Shown here piece by piece: positions 62,916 through 64,000 of a stretch of 64,000 bases of DNA. Under the pieces are notes generated by a model. That model was not told the origin of the DNA and made no database searches. It worked only from the letters and a program-made list of their open reading frames with translations. This DNA comes from Actinomycetota bacterium (GTDB lineage: Bacteria > Actinomycetota > Acidimicrobiia > Spongiisociales > UBA11373): positions 11,311 through 75,310 of the forward strand of contig VGBK01000001.1 in the NCBI GenBank assembly GCA_016870535.1, in the 5' to 3' direction. The position numbers and the translations under genes were made by a program. Every line of letters begins with the position of its first letter. Position 1 is the first letter of the stretch.

Positions 62916-64000
62916 TGTGACCGAAGTCGGCGAGCCGAATCTCCACGAGCGGCTGCTCACCGTCACCGTCGACCCCGCTGCCCTCGAGGCGGCCAAGGGC
63001 CGGGCGGCGCGGCGGCTGTCCCGGGAGGTCAAGATCAAGGGCTTCCGCCCGGGCAAGGCCCCGCAGCGGTTGGTGGAGTCGGCCGTCGGCGTCGAGACCT
63101 TGCGGCGCGAGGCCGTCGACGAGGCCCTGCCCGGCGCGGTAGCCGCCGCGGTGCGTGAGGCGGGGCTGGTGCCGGCGGTGACGCCGCGGGTGACGGCGGT
63201 GCGCGATGGGGCCGAAGGGGTGGAGGCCGACGTTCGGGTCACCCTCTGGCCCGAGGTGACCGCACTCCCCGAGTACCGGGGTCGGCGCATCGTGGTGGAC
63301 TCCCCGGAGGTGGGGGAGAGCGACGTGGACGCCCAGGTGGAGCGGATGCGCCTGCGCTTCGCCGAACTGGAGGACGTGGAGCGGGAGGGCGCCGACGGGG
63401 ACTTCTCCCTCATCGACCTCCACACCCGCTCCCCCGAGGGAGGGGAAGCCCCCGGGTCGGCCACCGACTTCCTGGTGGAGGTGGGAGCCGAGGGCTTCCT
63501 GCCCGGGCTCGGTGAGGCCCTGCGGGGCAAGCGGGCGGGGGACGTGGTCGAGTTCCCCACCACCATCCCCCAGGGAATGGGCGAGGACGGCGGCCGGGCG
63601 GTCGAGGCCCGGGTGCTGGTGAAGCAGGTGAAGACCCGCCGCCTCCCCGACCTCACCGACGAGTGGGTCGACGGGGTCTCGGAGTTCTCCACCGTGGAGG
63701 AGATGCGCGAGAGGCTGCAGGCCGACCTGCGCCGCCTGCGCCTGAGCGCCGCCCGGGTCGAACTCGAGGAGCGCCTCCTCGAGCAGCTGCGCGACGAGAT
63801 CGATCTGCGGCTCCCTCCCGATCTCATCGACGCCGAGGCCGAGGCGGTGCTGCATCGCTTCGCCCATCGCCTGGAAGCCCGCCGGGCCACCATCGAGCAG
63901 TACCTGGCGGCCACCGGGCAGAGCCGCGAGTCACTGGTGGCCGATGCCCGCTCCCAGGCGGTCCTCAACCTGCGGACCCGTCTCCTGCTGGAGGCGGTGG
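62916..64000 (+). CDS. tig: Trigger factor (partial, continues beyond the window)
   Basis: The GTG at 62916 follows GAAGGTGG. VTEVGEPNLHERLLTVTVDPAALEAAKGRAARRLSREVKIKGFRPGKAPQRLVESAVGVETLRREAVDEALP... contains the hallmark GFRPGKAP motif. No stop codon occurs before the window end. Confidence 0.8.

Noticed and set aside
62823-63158. 111-aa plus-strand ORF and long minus-strand ORFs (62800-63968) at the window end
   Set aside because: They overlap the tRNA-His 3' end and the trigger-factor gene in wrong frames. The tig frame, starting at 62916 and containing GFRPGKAP, explains the region.

Overview
This is a high-GC (~72%) actinobacterial-type chromosomal window, probably Acidimicrobiia or a related lineage, made up mostly of conserved housekeeping operons with several accessory insertions. 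Many adjacent genes are translationally coupled through ATGA/GTGA start-stop overlaps.

Gene order along the window:
- partial GT2 glycosyltransferase (- strand)
- manB, a Trm112-like gene, an SIS sugar-phosphate isomerase and ahcY, all coupled
- Kef-type antiporter, two tandem KhtT-like TrkA-C regulators and an FtsH-like AAA/M41 protease paralog (- strand)
- ldhA-like dehydrogenase (- strand)
- comF, hpf, a LuxR response regulator, a HEAT-repeat protein, an HD-GYP protein and secA
- a DtxR-family regulator followed by feoA, feoB and a feoC-like gene
- prfB, which carries the classic programmed +1 frameshift site GGAGG-TTC-CUU-UGA-C
- ftsE, ftsX and smpB
- a UPF0104/MprF-like membrane protein and plsY (- strand)
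- ssrA (tmRNA) with the tag peptide AEPELALAA
- an 1882-aa polytopic membrane protein containing tandem ~110-aa repeat modules
- add (- strand) and a BMP-family nucleoside ABC transporter
- two Thr/Pro-rich secreted lipoproteins (- strand)
- a DEDDh exonuclease coupled to a candidate Pol-beta-fold nucleotidyltransferase
- a GT2/GT4 glycosyltransferase with two sulfotransferase genes (- strand)
- several small lipoprotein and membrane genes, an S51-like protein and a DUF885 protein
- a frameshifted APC amino-acid permease
- a PHB-depolymerase-like esterase
- an MBL hydrolase, rph and rdgB, all coupled
- tRNA-Leu (- strand) and a PEP-utilising enzyme lacking the TIM-barrel domain (- strand)
- a REP-like hairpin repeat array and tRNA-Lys (- strand)
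- an O-methyltransferase, a tRNA-Pro/Gly/Arg/His cluster and the 5' end of tig

No CRISPR array, integrase or transposase was seen.

The strongest candidates for something new are the signalling module inserted between hpf and secA, the exonuclease-nucleotidyltransferase pair, the giant repeat-built membrane protein next to ssrA, and the glycosyltransferase-sulfotransferase cluster.
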